The position numbers and the translations under genes are program-made. A DNA stretch of 64,000 nucleotides from an uncultured Alphaproteobacteria bacterium (GTDB taxonomy: Bacteria; Pseudomonadota; Alphaproteobacteria; Acetobacterales; Acetobacteraceae). Under the pieces are notes generated by a model. It did not search any database and was not told the DNA's origin. It worked only from the letters and a program-made list of their open reading frames with translations. Positions 8,690 through 18,790 of this stretch are shown here, in pieces. The DNA is taken from positions 31,657 through 95,656 of the forward strand of contig CAVXFL010000004.1 of NCBI GenBank assembly GCA_963761015.1. The letters are read 5' to 3'. Each line of letters starts with the position of its first letter. Position 1 is the stretch's first letter.

Positions 8690-9573
8690 CCCTTGTCCTC
8701 GGTCGCGCACCACCATGTGACGACCAGATGCGGCGCCAGCGCGGCGAGGCGGATGGCTTGGTCGGGGTCGCCCTCGATGACATGCGAGCAGCCGAGACGG
8801 GTCGCGACCGCGGATTTGTGCCGCGCGAGCGAAGCCGCGTCAGCGGCAATGCCGTCGGGCCGGCACTCCAGGCCGAGTTGCGCGTAACCCCAGCGGACAA
8901 GCCAGGCCGCGGCGCTCGGCCGTTCCTGTTCCGGCCTCGCCGTGACGATCACCGCCCGGTCCGGGGCGAACAGCGGCAACCTAGCGAGCGGGTCGCCACG
9001 CGCCGATCGCAGGATAGCCACCTCCAGATCGATCGCAACGAACGGCGCTTCCACGGCGAGCAGGCGCTCGGGTTGGTTTCCCTCGGCACGCCAGGCGCGC
9101 GCGCGGGGGGTCGCCTCGGCGCGTTCCCACGGAAACCGCCATAGTTCATGCATCGAATGCGAGAGGTCGGGAACGTAGTCGGCCCGGTCGGGATCGTGCA
9201 CCAGGGCAAGCGTCAGGCACGTCCGGCCTTCGGCGAGCAGCGCGGCGCGAACGCCGGCCATGGTGCGGCCGGTGCTGCATCCGTCATCGACCAGCAAAAT
9301 CCGGGCCCCGTCCAGCGGGGTTCCGAGCCAGACGGCGCGGTTCGCCGCGCGCTCGTAAGCCATGCCGGCGAGCGGTAGCGCCAAGGTGGTTGCCGCCATG
9401 GTCGCGGGAATCGTGCCGCCCCGGGCGATGCCGACCACCACGTCCGGCCGCCATCGCGCGGCCTCGCCCAGAAGCGCCGTCAGCATACGCTCGGCCTGTT
9501 CATAACCGAGGAAGCGCGGCCCCCGGCTGGTGTCCAGACCCTTCCAGGGCTGCCCCGGCCGGCCCGGCGGCAT
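8659..9573 (-). CDS. Phosphoribosyltransferase-domain protein fused to a HAD-like (nucleotidase-like) C-terminal domain
   Basis: N-terminal half carries the PRPP-binding loop ILLVDDGCSTGRTM and the VVVGIARGG motif. C-terminal ~140 aa carries HAD-like motifs FVAIDLEVAIL (DxE in place of DxD), VIVTARP, and K...SHVIEGDPDQA. Confidence 0.7.
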   Translation of the reverse strand: MPPGRPGQPWKGLDTSRGPRFLGYEQAERMLTALLGEAARWRPDVVVGIARGGTIPATMAATTLALPLAGMAYERAANRAVWLGTPLDGARILLVDDGCSTGRTMAGVRAALLAEGRTCLTLALVHDPDRADYVPDLSHSMHELWRFPWERAEATPRARAWRAEGNQPERLLAVEAPFVAIDLEVAILRSARGDPLARLPLFAPDRAVIVTARPEQERPSAAAWLVRWGYAQLGLECRPDGIAADAASLARHKSAVATRLGCSHVIEGDPDQAIRLAALAPHLVVTWWCATEDKGYVVGAASRG

Positions 9574-9584
9574 CGCCTCCCCGC

Positions 9585-10471
9585 CTACTCGCTCGACAAT
9601 CGGAAGTTGACGGGGACCTCGGCGATGCCGGCGATCGGCCGTCCGCCGCGCGTCGCCGGAACGAACCGCCAGCCACGCACCGCGTCGACCGCCGACTGGT
9701 CGAGCCGCCCGAACCCGCTGCTGCGGACGACGCTCACCGTGGCGGCCCGGCCATTGGCGGTCACGTTCACGCGCAGAAGCACCTGGCCCTGCTCGCCCCG
9801 CCGCTTGGCCGAGTCGGGGTAATACGGCGGGCGGTTCCCGGCGGCTTCCGACAGCGGCCGCGGCGGAATCACCGGACCGGTCTCGACCGCGACCGGCGGC
9901 GCCGGGCGGGACAGGGGTGCCGGTTCCGCGGGCGCGACTGGCTCGCGCATGACCGGCGCGGGTTGCGGCTCGCGCCGCGCCGGGCGGCGCTCATGCGATT
10001 CGCGTCGCGGACGGGGTCGCCGTTGCTCCGCCGTCGGGCGGGTTTGCTTCACGACCGGCGGCGGCTTCGGCGCGACCTTGGGTACCGGCGGAGGGGGCGG
10101 TGGCGGCGGCGGGACCGGCAGCGGCTCCGGCGGCGGCGCCTGCACCTCCGGCGGTGGCGGCGGTTCCAGGGGCCGCGGCGGCGGTGTGGGCGCCGGCGCG
10201 GCCTGCGGCGGAGGCTTCGGCGCGGCGGCGGCGCCGGCCGAAGGAAGATCATCGGGATCGGCGGCGTTTGCGCCGGCATGTGCAGAATCGTGCGGTGCGC
10301 GAGCAGGATCAGCCCGATCGCGACGAGCGCATGTACGACGAGCGACGACGCCAGCGGCTGGACGCGAAATCGCGGCTCCGGCGTTCGGGCGGGCAGCTTG
10401 GCCGCTTTGAAATGCGCGTCGATATACATGCCGATCGCGCCGATGTTATCCCCCGCCAATACCCGGCGCAA
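9585..10471 (-). pseudogene. tonB: Energy transducer TonB, reading frame interrupted in the Pro-rich spacer
   Basis: The N-terminal TM with the SxxxH motif (ASSLVVHALVAIGLILLA) is in the frame of ORF 10049..10471. The Pro-rich spacer and TonB C-terminal domain (YPDSAKRRGEQGQVLLRVNVTANGRA...GWRFVPA) are in the frame of ORF 9585..10145. The frames meet inside a GCC/GGC repeat tract at about 10215-10245, consistent with a 1-nt deletion. Confidence 0.85.
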
Positions 10472-10485
10472 ACCGCCGGGGCGCC

Positions 10486-11211
10486 TCAGTCGGGAGCGCG
10501 CAGCATGAATCCCGCGCCGCGAATGCTGTGCAACAGCGGCGGCTCACCTGGCGCGTCCACCTTCCGGCGGAGCTTTCCGATGTGCACGTCGACAACGTTG
10601 GTATGCGGCAGAAACCGGTAATGCCAAACGTCCTCGAGCAGCATGCCGCGCGTCACCACCTGCCCCGCGCGACGCATTAAGTATTCCAGCAGCTTGAACT
10701 CGGTGGGCAGCAAATCGATGCTCCGAGCACCGCGCCGCGCTGCGCGCTCGATCAGATCGAGCGTGAGCGGACCGGCGCGGATGGTCGTCTCGCGCGTCAG
10801 CAGCGGACGCCGCAACAGCGCCTCGACGCGCGCGGCGAATTCCGGGAAGGCGAACGGCTTGCTGAGATAATCGTCCCCGCCGGCCTTCAACCCGCGCACC
10901 CGTTCATCCACCGCGCCGAGCGCGCTCAGCACCAGCACCGGCGTGTTGATTTTCTGCTTGCGCAACTCTTCCACGATCGCGAGCCCGTCCAGGCCGGGCA
11001 GCAGGCGATCGACGACGAGCAGGTCGTAAGCCCCGGCGCGCGCCTCGGCGAATCCCTCCGGACCGGTCGCGGCGTGGCCAACGACGTAGCCGCGCGCCGC
11101 GAGGTCCGCGCGGATTTCCTCCGCGAGTTCGCAATCGTCCTCGACCAACAGAATGCGGCCCTGACGGGAATCCCCGCCCGGGGCGGCCGAGAGCGCGGCG
11201 GCATTCTGCAT
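10486..11211 (-). CDS. Response regulator, OmpR/PhoB family (no adjacent kinase)
   Basis: Receiver domain (ILLVEDDCELAE, DLLVVDRLLPGLDG, VLVLSA, KPFAFPEFAARV). Winged-helix domain (LLPTEFKLLEYLMRRAGQVVTR...VVDVHIGKLRRKV...IRGAGFML). Confidence 0.92.
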   Translation of the reverse strand: MQNAAALSAAPGGDSRQGRILLVEDDCELAEEIRADLAARGYVVGHAATGPEGFAEARAGAYDLLVVDRLLPGLDGLAIVEELRKQKINTPVLVLSALGAVDERVRGLKAGGDDYLSKPFAFPEFAARVEALLRRPLLTRETTIRAGPLTLDLIERAARRGARSIDLLPTEFKLLEYLMRRAGQVVTRGMLLEDVWHYRFLPHTNVVDVHIGKLRRKVDAPGEPPLLHSIRGAGFMLRAPD

Positions 11212-11227
11212 CGTGTCGCGAAACCGC

Positions 11228-11671
11228 TCAGTCGACGGTGATGTCGCCGGTCATGCCGGCCCAATCGTGATCGGCGCAGAAGAACCGATAATGGCCGGCA
11301 CGTTCGGGCACGAACAGCACGTCCGCCGACTGGTGCGGCTGCACCACCAGGTCGGTGCCGTTGCGGGCCAGCACACCGGGGTTCTTGATCTTCGCCGAAT
11401 GGAAGAATTTTGGCGCGGTCAACTCGTGCATCTCTGCGCCCCGGTTTTCCAGATGCAGCCGATACGGCACGCCGTGGCGAAAGCGCAGATGGCTGGGTCG
11501 GAAGTCGTACTCGACCGCGACGACGTCCACCGTCGTCGCCTTCGACCAGTCGATCGTGGACGCGGTTTCCGCAGCCGACGCGGCGCCAAGACCGGTGACA
11601 CTCACAAGCACGGTTCCGAACAACGCCAAGGACGCGGTTCGCAACGCGTTTCGTTCACAGGCAATCCGCAA
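11228..11671 (-). CDS. Cupredoxin-domain protein (type-1 copper-like), secreted
   Basis: C-terminal ligand pattern FFCADHDWAGMTG (C-x2-H-x4-M) with upstream His (MHELTAP). TTG 11671 gives a good signal peptide (MRIACERNALRTASLALFGTVLVSVTGLGAASA) and avoids overlapping the upstream gene. The track ORF starts at 11722. Confidence 0.75.
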   Translation of the reverse strand: MRIACERNALRTASLALFGTVLVSVTGLGAASAAETASTIDWSKATTVDVVAVEYDFRPSHLRFRHGVPYRLHLENRGAEMHELTAPKFFHSAKIKNPGVLARNGTDLVVQPHQSADVLFVPERAGHYRFFCADHDWAGMTGDITVD

Positions 11672-11687
11672 GCGAGGCGATCCCGAT

Positions 11688-12242
11688 TCAGGTTGATAGT
11701 GTCGTCCTGGCGGCGGTGGCACGCGCCAGCCGCGCGGACAACGCGATGACGAGTTGGGCCATGAACGACCCGAATACCAGCCCGAGCATGCCGTAGAACG
11801 CGGCGGCGACGCTGAGGACCACCTGCGGGACGAACGTGGTGAACATCGTGCCGAGCACCGCTGTCTTGTAGCCCTTCGCGTCCTCGATCACGTCGATGGC
11901 GGCGACCACGGGTTGCAGGATCGGCGCCGCGGCGGTGATGCGGTCATAGGCGGCCCGCAGATTGCGCTCGCGGTCGAGCGAGGCAAGCAGACTTTCGGCA
12001 TTCGACGGTTCGAACGGGCGCAGCGCCAGGATCACCGCCTCGTGATTCGCGGCCGCGAGGTGGTAGTAGCGCCGCGCCGAATCCTCGCGCTGCCCGATGT
12101 CGCGGCGCACATCCTCGGACACCTGGAGCAAGGCCGCCCGGTAGTCGCGCGTCATGGCGGGAAGCTGCATGGCGGCGAGCGCGGCGATCAGCGAAAGCCC
12201 GATGCTGATCGCCTGCGTCAGCCAGCGCCCCACGAAGCCCAC
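11688..12242 (-). CDS. Membrane protein, tentatively DUF2937-like
   Basis: 184 aa with an N-terminal TM (AISIGLSLIAALAAMQL), a central helical region and two C-terminal TM segments (VVLSVAAAFYGMLGLVFGSFMAQLVIAL). Family assignment is from memory of the general pattern only. Confidence 0.55.
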   Translation of the reverse strand: MGFVGRWLTQAISIGLSLIAALAAMQLPAMTRDYRAALLQVSEDVRRDIGQREDSARRYYHLAAANHEAVILALRPFEPSNAESLLASLDRERNLRAAYDRITAAAPILQPVVAAIDVIEDAKGYKTAVLGTMFTTFVPQVVLSVAAAFYGMLGLVFGSFMAQLVIALSARLARATAARTTLST

Positions 12243-12350
12243 GGGCGGAAATCCCCCTCCGAACGGCTGGCGGAGCTATGCTGCGCTTCGCCACGCTCGG
12301 CCCATTTACAGGAGGAAGCTCATGCCGCGCCACCGGCACGCGAAATCGGC

Positions 12351-14000
12351 TCAGAGCCTCCTCTCCCGCCGGCGCGAATGCCGGAGCCGCCCGGGCGGCT
12401 CCGTCGCCTCCGCCGGATACGTCGACTCCCAGCCGCCGCCGAGCGCCTTGTAGAGCGCGACGAGATTCGTCGAAACCGTGGTGGTGCTGTCGTTCAACTG
12501 CTGTTCAGCCGCGAATTCGGTGCGCTCGGCGTCGAGCACGTCGAGGAAGCTGGAAATCCCGCGCGTATAGCGCTGCCGCGCCAGATCGAGCGCGCGGCGG
12601 CTGGCGGCCACCATCTCCACCAGTTGCTGGCGTCGTAGCTGTTCGTCGCGATAGGCGATCAGCGCGTTGTCGACATCGTGCAGCGCCTGCAACACCGCCC
12701 GCTGATAGTTGATGGCGGCTTCCTTCTGCTGTTCCTTGCGCAGGTCGAGCGTGGCGGTCAGGCGTCCGCCCTCGAAGATCGGCAGGCTGAGCGTGGGGCC
12801 GATGCCGTACTGGCGGGCGTCCCAACTGAACGCCTTGCCCAGGGTCAGCGCGGAAAAGCCGAAGCTGCCGGTCAGCGACACGCTCGGGAAGAAACTCGCC
12901 ACCGCGACGCCGATATCGGCGGTGGCCGCGTGAAGCTGCGCCTCGGCGGCGCGGATATCGGGGCGGCGGCGCACCAGATCGGAGGGGAGCCCGATCGGCA
13001 CGCGCGGCGGCACCGGCGGGATCGGTTTCGGCTCCTTCAGTTCGGCGCGCAACGCGCGGGGCGGCTGGCCGAGCAGCAGGCTGAGCGCGTTGATCGTTTG
13101 CGCCTCCTGCTGCTCGAGCGCGGGGATTTGCGCCGCCGTGCTCTTCGCCTGCGCGCGCGCGTTCGCCACGTCGAGTTCGGTCGTGAGACCGCCGGCCGCG
13201 CGTTCCTCGGTCAGTTTCAGCGTTTCCTCGGCGGTGTGCAGGTTCTGCCGCACGATGTACAGGTTGCGCTGAATGCCGCGCAGGAGAATGTAGTCGCGCG
13301 CCACCTCGGCCTCGACCGAAACCAGCGTGCCGCGCCGGTTTTCCGCGGCGGCCCGCGTGCTTGCCCGCGCCGATTCCACGGCGCGCCGTACCTTACCCCA
13401 GAGATCCAGCTCCCAGCTCGTATCGAAGCCGTACTGCCAGAGATCGAACGGCGGAATGGTACGTCCGCCCGTCGCGCTCGCGGCAGGCACGCCGCCGAGC
13501 GTCGCCGTGGTGCCGCCGAACCCCGCGCCGGTGCTCTGGAAGCCGCCATTGCCGGTGGAGGCGAAACCGCCGGTCGTGCCGCCCCCGGCCGATCCGCTGC
13601 CGATCGCGGCAATGGCGCCGAGCGGACTGATCCGCTCGCGCGAGTAGGAGCCGTCGGCGTTCACGCGCGGAAACAGGTCGGCGCGGACCACGCCGAGCTG
13701 GGCGCGGGATTCGGCAATCCGAACGGTGCTGACGCGCAGGTCGAGATTGAAGCTGGCGACCCGGTTTTCCAGCGCGATCAGCTCGCGGTCGTGGAACAGC
13801 TCCCACCAGTCCGGATCGGGCGGTGCGGTGACGGTTCGGCTGACATGGGCCGGCTTGGCACCCCCACCCAACCACGACGTCGGAGACCACCACGGGCTCG
13901 GGCGCTTGAAATCCGGCCCGACGGTGCAGCCCATCAGCACCGGCAACGCCATTGCCGCGGTGCCCCAGTGCCGCAAAACCGCGAGCCCGTGCGTGGCCAT
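12351..14000 (-). CDS. Efflux outer-membrane factor lipoprotein, NodT family
   Basis: Lipobox ALPVLMG|C followed by TVGPDFKRP, typical of NodT/OprM-type OMFs. Two coiled-coil/OEP repeats. An unusual Gly/Thr/Ser-rich insert is present (GSGSAGGGTTGGFASTGNGGFQSTGAGFGGTTATLGG). Confidence 0.88.
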   Translation of the reverse strand: MATHGLAVLRHWGTAAMALPVLMGCTVGPDFKRPSPWWSPTSWLGGGAKPAHVSRTVTAPPDPDWWELFHDRELIALENRVASFNLDLRVSTVRIAESRAQLGVVRADLFPRVNADGSYSRERISPLGAIAAIGSGSAGGGTTGGFASTGNGGFQSTGAGFGGTTATLGGVPAASATGGRTIPPFDLWQYGFDTSWELDLWGKVRRAVESARASTRAAAENRRGTLVSVEAEVARDYILLRGIQRNLYIVRQNLHTAEETLKLTEERAAGGLTTELDVANARAQAKSTAAQIPALEQQEAQTINALSLLLGQPPRALRAELKEPKPIPPVPPRVPIGLPSDLVRRRPDIRAAEAQLHAATADIGVAVASFFPSVSLTGSFGFSALTLGKAFSWDARQYGIGPTLSLPIFEGGRLTATLDLRKEQQKEAAINYQRAVLQALHDVDNALIAYRDEQLRRQQLVEMVAASRRALDLARQRYTRGISSFLDVLDAERTEFAAEQQLNDSTTTVSTNLVALYKALGGGWESTYPAEATEPPGRLRHSRRRERRL

Positions 14001-14295
14001 TCCGCCCCGTCCCCCCAGTCGACCGGCGCCATGACAAGTCGCCGACGATGCGGCCGCGCGCGGTTATCGGATCGGCACCCCGCGCGGCCGCGATAGCCGC
14101 CGAGAGCCGATCCGTTCGGTTCGTGTTTCGACAGGCTAGCCCGATCGGTGCGATGGTCAATCAGCCGGGAGACGAATCGCGCAAACGCGATGACGGTCCG
14201 CGCGGACGCCGGCTATCTTTGACCTGGATCGGCGAACGGCGCGAAACAGGCGCCGCGCGCGCCGGGTGGCCGGCCGCGAAGACCCGGAGCCCGAG

Positions 14296-15838
14296 ATGGA
14301 CGAGACGAGCGACCGAACCGAAGCCGTGCTTCGCCACGCGGAAGCGTCGATGGACGACGCGGTTGCGCGGTGGTTCACGCTGCTGCGCATCCCGAGCATC
14401 AGCGCCCAGCCCGCGCATGCCGCTGATTGCGCCAAGGCCGCGGAATGGGTGCGCGGCGAACTGGCGGGGATGGGATTTCAGGCCGAAGTGCGGCCGACTT
14501 CCGGGCATCCCTGCGTGGTCGCGCATCACGCCGGGCCCGGCGCGACGGCCCCGCATTTGCTGTTCTACGGCCATTACGACGTGCAGCCGCCGGAGCCGCT
14601 GGAGCTGTGGCCGAGCCCGCCATTCGAGCCCACGCTCGTCGATGGACCGCGCGGCAAGCGCGTGGTGGCGCGCGGCGCGGTCGACGACAAGGGCCAGGTT
14701 TCGACCTGGCTCACCGCCCTGCGCGCCTGGCAGGAGGTGACAGGCAGCCTGCCCGTGCGCGCGAGCGTGCTGGTGGAAGGCGAGGAGGAAATCGGCAGCC
14801 CGAGCCTGGAGCCGTTCCTGGAGGAGCATCGGCGGGAGCTGGCGGCCGACGTCGCGGTGATTTCGGACACCGGAATGTGGGATATCGACACGCCGGCGAT
14901 CACGACGCGGCTGCGCGGACTGGTCTACGTTCAGATCATGCTCAGGGGCCCGGAGCGCGACCTGCATTCGGGCATGTTCGGCGGCTCCGCGCTCAATCCC
15001 ATCAACGCGTTGACCACGATTCTCGGCGAGTTGCGGAACCGGCACGGCGGGATCGAGATCCCGGGGTTCTACGACCAGGTGCGGCCGGTCTCGGTGGACC
15101 AGCGCCGGCAATGGGCGGAACTCGGCTTCGACGAGGGCGCGTTTTTAGGTGGGATCGGATTGTCGCACCCGGCCGGCGAGGCCGGCGTTCCAGCCCTGGA
15201 ACGCCTATGGGCGCGGCCGACCGCGGACATCAACGGGATCTGGGGCGGCTATACCGGGGCCGGGGCCAAAACGGTGATCCCGGCCGAGGCGCACGCGAAA
15301 CTCTCGTTCCGGCTCGTGCCCGATCAGGACCCGAACACGATTCTGGACGGTTTGAAGAGTTTCGTCGCCCGCCGGCTGCCGCCAGATGCGCGTGTCGAGT
15401 ACCGAGGTATTCGGGTTGGCGCCGGCCATCGAAGTGCCGAGCGATTCGCGATGGGTGCGCGCGGCGGCGGCCGCGCTTGCCGACGAGTTCGGGCGCGCGC
15501 CGGTGATGATGGGCTGCGGCGGGTCCATTCCGGTGGCGGACAGTCTGCGCCGGATCGTCGGCCTGGACAGCCTGCTGGTGGGGTTCGGGCTGGATGACGA
15601 TCAGCCGCACAGTCCCGGGGAAAAATTCGAGATGCGCTGCTTTCAGCGCGGCGTGCGCAGCCACATCCGAATGCTGGGGAAGTTCGCCGATTTCGGCAGC
15701 CTGACGATCACGGAAGGCCGTTCGCTTCGCTGTTCGTCATGCCCCGAGTTCAGCCGGACCTTCGTAGCCGATCTGTCTCGGCCTCCTCTTGTGGGGAAGG
15801 GGAGTCGTTGCCGTCCCCGGGACGGATGCGCGGCCTGA
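14296..15838 (+). pseudogene. M20-family dipeptidase/deacylase, frame interrupted at 15402-15403
   Basis: Motifs HYDVQP, ARGAVDDKGQ and EGEEEIGS occur in ORF 14266..15597 up to ...ARVEY. The conserved C-terminus (EVFGLAPAIEVPSD...GCGGSIPV...DDDQPHSPGEKFE) continues in ORF 15386..15838. The junction reads GAG TAC C GAG (one extra C). The tail after ...RMLGKFA looks non-coding, so the true stop is unresolved. Confidence 0.85.
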
Positions 15839-16443
15839 GCATCGTTGGCCTGCGAAGCCCGCTGGCCGGTCCGTTCGATCTCGCGGTCGCCGAAGGCGCG
15901 GTCGCGATCAGTGGGCCGTCTGGCTCGGGCAAGAGCCTGTTCCTGCGCATGGTCGCCGATCTCGACCCGAACGAGGGCGAGGTCATGCTGGACGGAGCGC
16001 ACCGCGGCGATATCGCCGCCCCGACCTGGCGGCGCCGCGTGAGCTACAGCGCCGCCGAGACGGGATGGTGGAGCGATTCGGTCGCCGACCATTTTCCCCC
16101 GCACGCAACGGATGCGGCGCGAGCCTTGGCGGGGCGACTGGCGCTCGCACCGCAATTGCTGGCGGGATCGGTCACCCGGCTCTCGTCGGGGGAAAAGCTG
16201 CAACTCGCGCTGGTCAGGGTACTGCTGCTGGACCCGCGCGTGCTGCTGCTCGACGAGCCAACCGGGGCGCTCGACCAGGACAGCACCCGCCTTGTGGAAC
16301 AGGTGCTGCGCGAACGCATGGGCGCCGGCATGATCCTGCTGCTGTCCACGCACGACGCGGGCCAGCCGGAGCGGCTCGGCGCGCGTCACTTGCGGATGGA
16401 CGCGGGGCGGCTCAGGGAACTGGCATGCAGCCCATCCTGCTGA
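15826..16443 (+). CDS. ABC ATP-binding protein, FetA/YbbL-like
   Basis: Walker A GPSGSGKS, signature LSSGEKLQLALVR, Walker B LLLDEPT, H-loop LLLSTHD. Short single-domain ATPase upstream of a UPF0014-type permease. ATG 15826 (MRGLSIVGL) is preferred. Confidence 0.8.
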   Translation: MRGLSIVGLRSPLAGPFDLAVAEGAVAISGPSGSGKSLFLRMVADLDPNEGEVMLDGAHRGDIAAPTWRRRVSYSAAETGWWSDSVADHFPPHATDAARALAGRLALAPQLLAGSVTRLSSGEKLQLALVRVLLLDPRVLLLDEPTGALDQDSTRLVEQVLRERMGAGMILLLSTHDAGQPERLGARHLRMDAGRLRELACSPSC

Positions 16444-17249
16444 CGCCGCGCGATCTGGCGGTTTCCTCCACGCTCCTGGTGCTCGACGGCGTGCTGTCGG
16501 TCGCGCTGGGGCTCGCGCTGCACCGCCAACTGGCGGTAGCCGGCACCCGGATGGTGATCCAGCTTCTGCTCGTGGGGCTCGTGCTGCGCGCCGCGTTTTC
16601 GGCCCGCTCCCCGGCCCTCACCCTCGGACTGGTCGTGATCATGGTGGCGATCGCGGCGCGTGAGGTGGCGGTTCGGCCGGAGCAGCGGTTGTCGAACTTC
16701 GGCAATTACCAGATCGCCGGGGTGGCGGTCGGCTTGACCACCGCGATCACCGCGCTGCTCGCGCTGACCACGGCAATCCGGCCGCAGCCGTGGTACGACC
16801 CGCGCTACGCCATCCCGTTGGCCGGCATCATCACGGGCAACGTGCTGAACGCCGCCAGCCTGGCGCTCGATTCGCTGCTCGGCGGCGTGGTGCGCGAGCG
16901 CGCGGCGATCGAGGCGCAGCTCGCCCTGGGCGCGACGATCCGCCAAGCGATGGCGCGACTGGTGCGCCAGTCGATCCGCCGCGCGTTGCTGCCGATGATC
17001 AACACCATGTCGGCCGCCGGCGTGGTGACCTTGCCCGGAATCATGACGGGACAGATTCTCGCCGGCCTCGATCCGGTGCAGGCGGTAAAATACCAGATTC
17101 TGCTGATGTTTCTGCTCTCCGGCGGCAGCGGGCTCGGGGCCGCCATCGCGGTGTTCCTCGGCGCGCGCCGCCTGACCGACAGCCGCCAGCGGCTCCGGCT
17201 GGACCGCGTGTCGGGCGGCCAGCGCGCGGCTCCGGCGCGGCGACGCTGA
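16425..17249 (+). CDS. UPF0014-family ABC permease, FetB/YbbM-like (putative iron export)
   Basis: 3' part of ORF 15789..17249 starting [15 protein letters not shown]. Multiple TM helices and the [15 protein letters not shown] region. Overlaps the ATPase stop and the glpK start. Confidence 0.75.
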   Translation: MQPILLTPRDLAVSSTLLVLDGVLSVALGLALHRQLAVAGTRMVIQLLLVGLVLRAAFSARSPALTLGLVVIMVAIAAREVAVRPEQRLSNFGNYQIAGVAVGLTTAITALLALTTAIRPQPWYDPRYAIPLAGIITGNVLNAASLALDSLLGGVVRERAAIEAQLALGATIRQAMARLVRQSIRRALLPMINTMSAAGVVTLPGIMTGQILAGLDPVQAVKYQILLMFLLSGGSGLGAAIAVFLGARRLTDSRQRLRLDRVSGGQRAAPARRR

Positions 17250-18736
17250 TGGCCGACCTGCTGCTCGCCCTCGATCAAGGCACGACGTCGACGCGCGCCA
17301 TCGCCTTTCGCGCGCCCGATCTCGACCCGGTCGCCGTCGCGCAACGGGAATTGCCGCAGCATTTTCCGGGGCCGGGGCTGGTCGAGCACGACCCCGAGGA
17401 TATTTGGCGGGATTCGGTGGCGGTGCTGCGGCAGGCCCTGGCCGAGGCCGGCGCGCCGCCCGGGGACCTCGTCGGCATCGGCATCACCAATCAGCGCGAG
17501 ACGGTTCTGGTCTGGGACCGGCGCACCGGCGCGCCGATCCATCGCGCGATCGTGTGGCAGGACCGCCGGACGGCGGACGCCTGCGCCGCGCTTCGCGAGG
17601 GCGGGCTCGAGGCCCTGATCTCCGCGCGAACCGGGCTGGTGGTCGATCCGTATTTCTCCGCCACCAAGCTCGCCTGGCTGCTGGACAACGTCCCCGGCGC
17701 GCGCGCCCGCGCCGAGCGCGGCGAACTCGCCTTCGGAACGGTCGATACATTCCTGCTCTGGCGCTTCACCGGCGGACGGATGCACGCGACGGACGCGACC
17801 AACGCCAGCCGGACCATGCTGTTCGACATCAGGCGGGGCGTGTGGGACGAGGATTTGCTGGCGTTGTTCCGCGTTCCCGCCGCCCTGCTGCCGGAGGTGC
17901 GGGACTGCGCCGGCGATTTCGGAACAATTGCTGCCGAAATCGTGGGCGCGCCGGTGCGCATCCTGGGCATGGCCGGCGACCAGCAGGCGGCCGCCATCGG
18001 CCAGGCGTGCTTCCGGCCGGGCATGGTGAAGGCGACGTACGGAACCGGCGCGTTCATCCTGCTGAACACGGGTGAATTACCGGTCGTCTCGCGCGAACGG
18101 CTGCTGACCACGATCGCCTGGCAGCGCGACGGCCGGCGCAGCTACGCGCTGGAGGGCGCGATCTTCGTGGCCGGCGCGGCCGTGCAATGGCTGCGCGATT
18201 CGCTTGGGCTGCTGCGGGAGGCAGCCAATTCCGGCCCGCTCGCCGCGCGCGCCGATCCCGACCAGGCGATTTACTTCGTGCCGGCCTTCACCGGGCTCGG
18301 CGCGCCGCACTGGGATTCGCATGCGCGCGGCGCGGTGTTCGGCCTCACCCGCGCGACCGGCCCGGCGGAGTTGGCGCGCGCGGCGCTGGAGAGCGTCGCC
18401 CATCAGACCCGCGATCTGCTGGAGGCCATGGGCCGCGACCTTGGCGGTCGGCTCGACCCGGTGCTGCGCGTCGATGGCGGCATGGCGGCGTCGGACTGGA
18501 CCATGCAGTTCCTCGCCGACATGCTCGGCGCGCCGGTGGACCGGCCCGTATTCGCCGAACGCACCGCGGTCGGTGCCGCTTATCTGGCCGGTCTCGCCGC
18601 CGGGGTTTGCCCCGAGCCGGACGTGTTCGCCGAGGGGTGGCGCCATGGCCGCCGGTTCGTGCCGGAACTGGAGCCGGGCGCGCGCGAGCGCAAATACGCC
18701 GGATGGACGGACGCGGTGCGCCGCACGCTGGGGTGA
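17249..18736 (+). CDS. glpK: Glycerol kinase
   Basis: 3' part of ORF 16790..18736. [44 protein letters not shown] and GTGAF are FGGY-kinase/GlpK signatures. The ATG overlaps the upstream TGA (TGATG). Confidence 0.95.
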   Translation: MADLLLALDQGTTSTRAIAFRAPDLDPVAVAQRELPQHFPGPGLVEHDPEDIWRDSVAVLRQALAEAGAPPGDLVGIGITNQRETVLVWDRRTGAPIHRAIVWQDRRTADACAALREGGLEALISARTGLVVDPYFSATKLAWLLDNVPGARARAERGELAFGTVDTFLLWRFTGGRMHATDATNASRTMLFDIRRGVWDEDLLALFRVPAALLPEVRDCAGDFGTIAAEIVGAPVRILGMAGDQQAAAIGQACFRPGMVKATYGTGAFILLNTGELPVVSRERLLTTIAWQRDGRRSYALEGAIFVAGAAVQWLRDSLGLLREAANSGPLAARADPDQAIYFVPAFTGLGAPHWDSHARGAVFGLTRATGPAELARAALESVAHQTRDLLEAMGRDLGGRLDPVLRVDGGMAASDWTMQFLADMLGAPVDRPVFAERTAVGAAYLAGLAAGVCPEPDVFAEGWRHGRRFVPELEPGARERKYAGWTDAVRRTLG

Positions 18737-18790
18737 CGATGACCCTGGCCTGCGTCTAAAAGGTCGAATCCTGGCCGCAACGGGGGAACC

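Noticed and set aside
15400-15405. Programmed +1 ribosomal frameshifting at UAC-CGA-G (three identical sites)
   Set aside because: It is tempting because the motif recurs, but tRNA-Tyr cannot re-pair in the +1 frame. Identical in-frame GTACGAG sites are read normally elsewhere. The same window also has unrelated indels in essential ribosomal protein genes, so an error process is far more likely.
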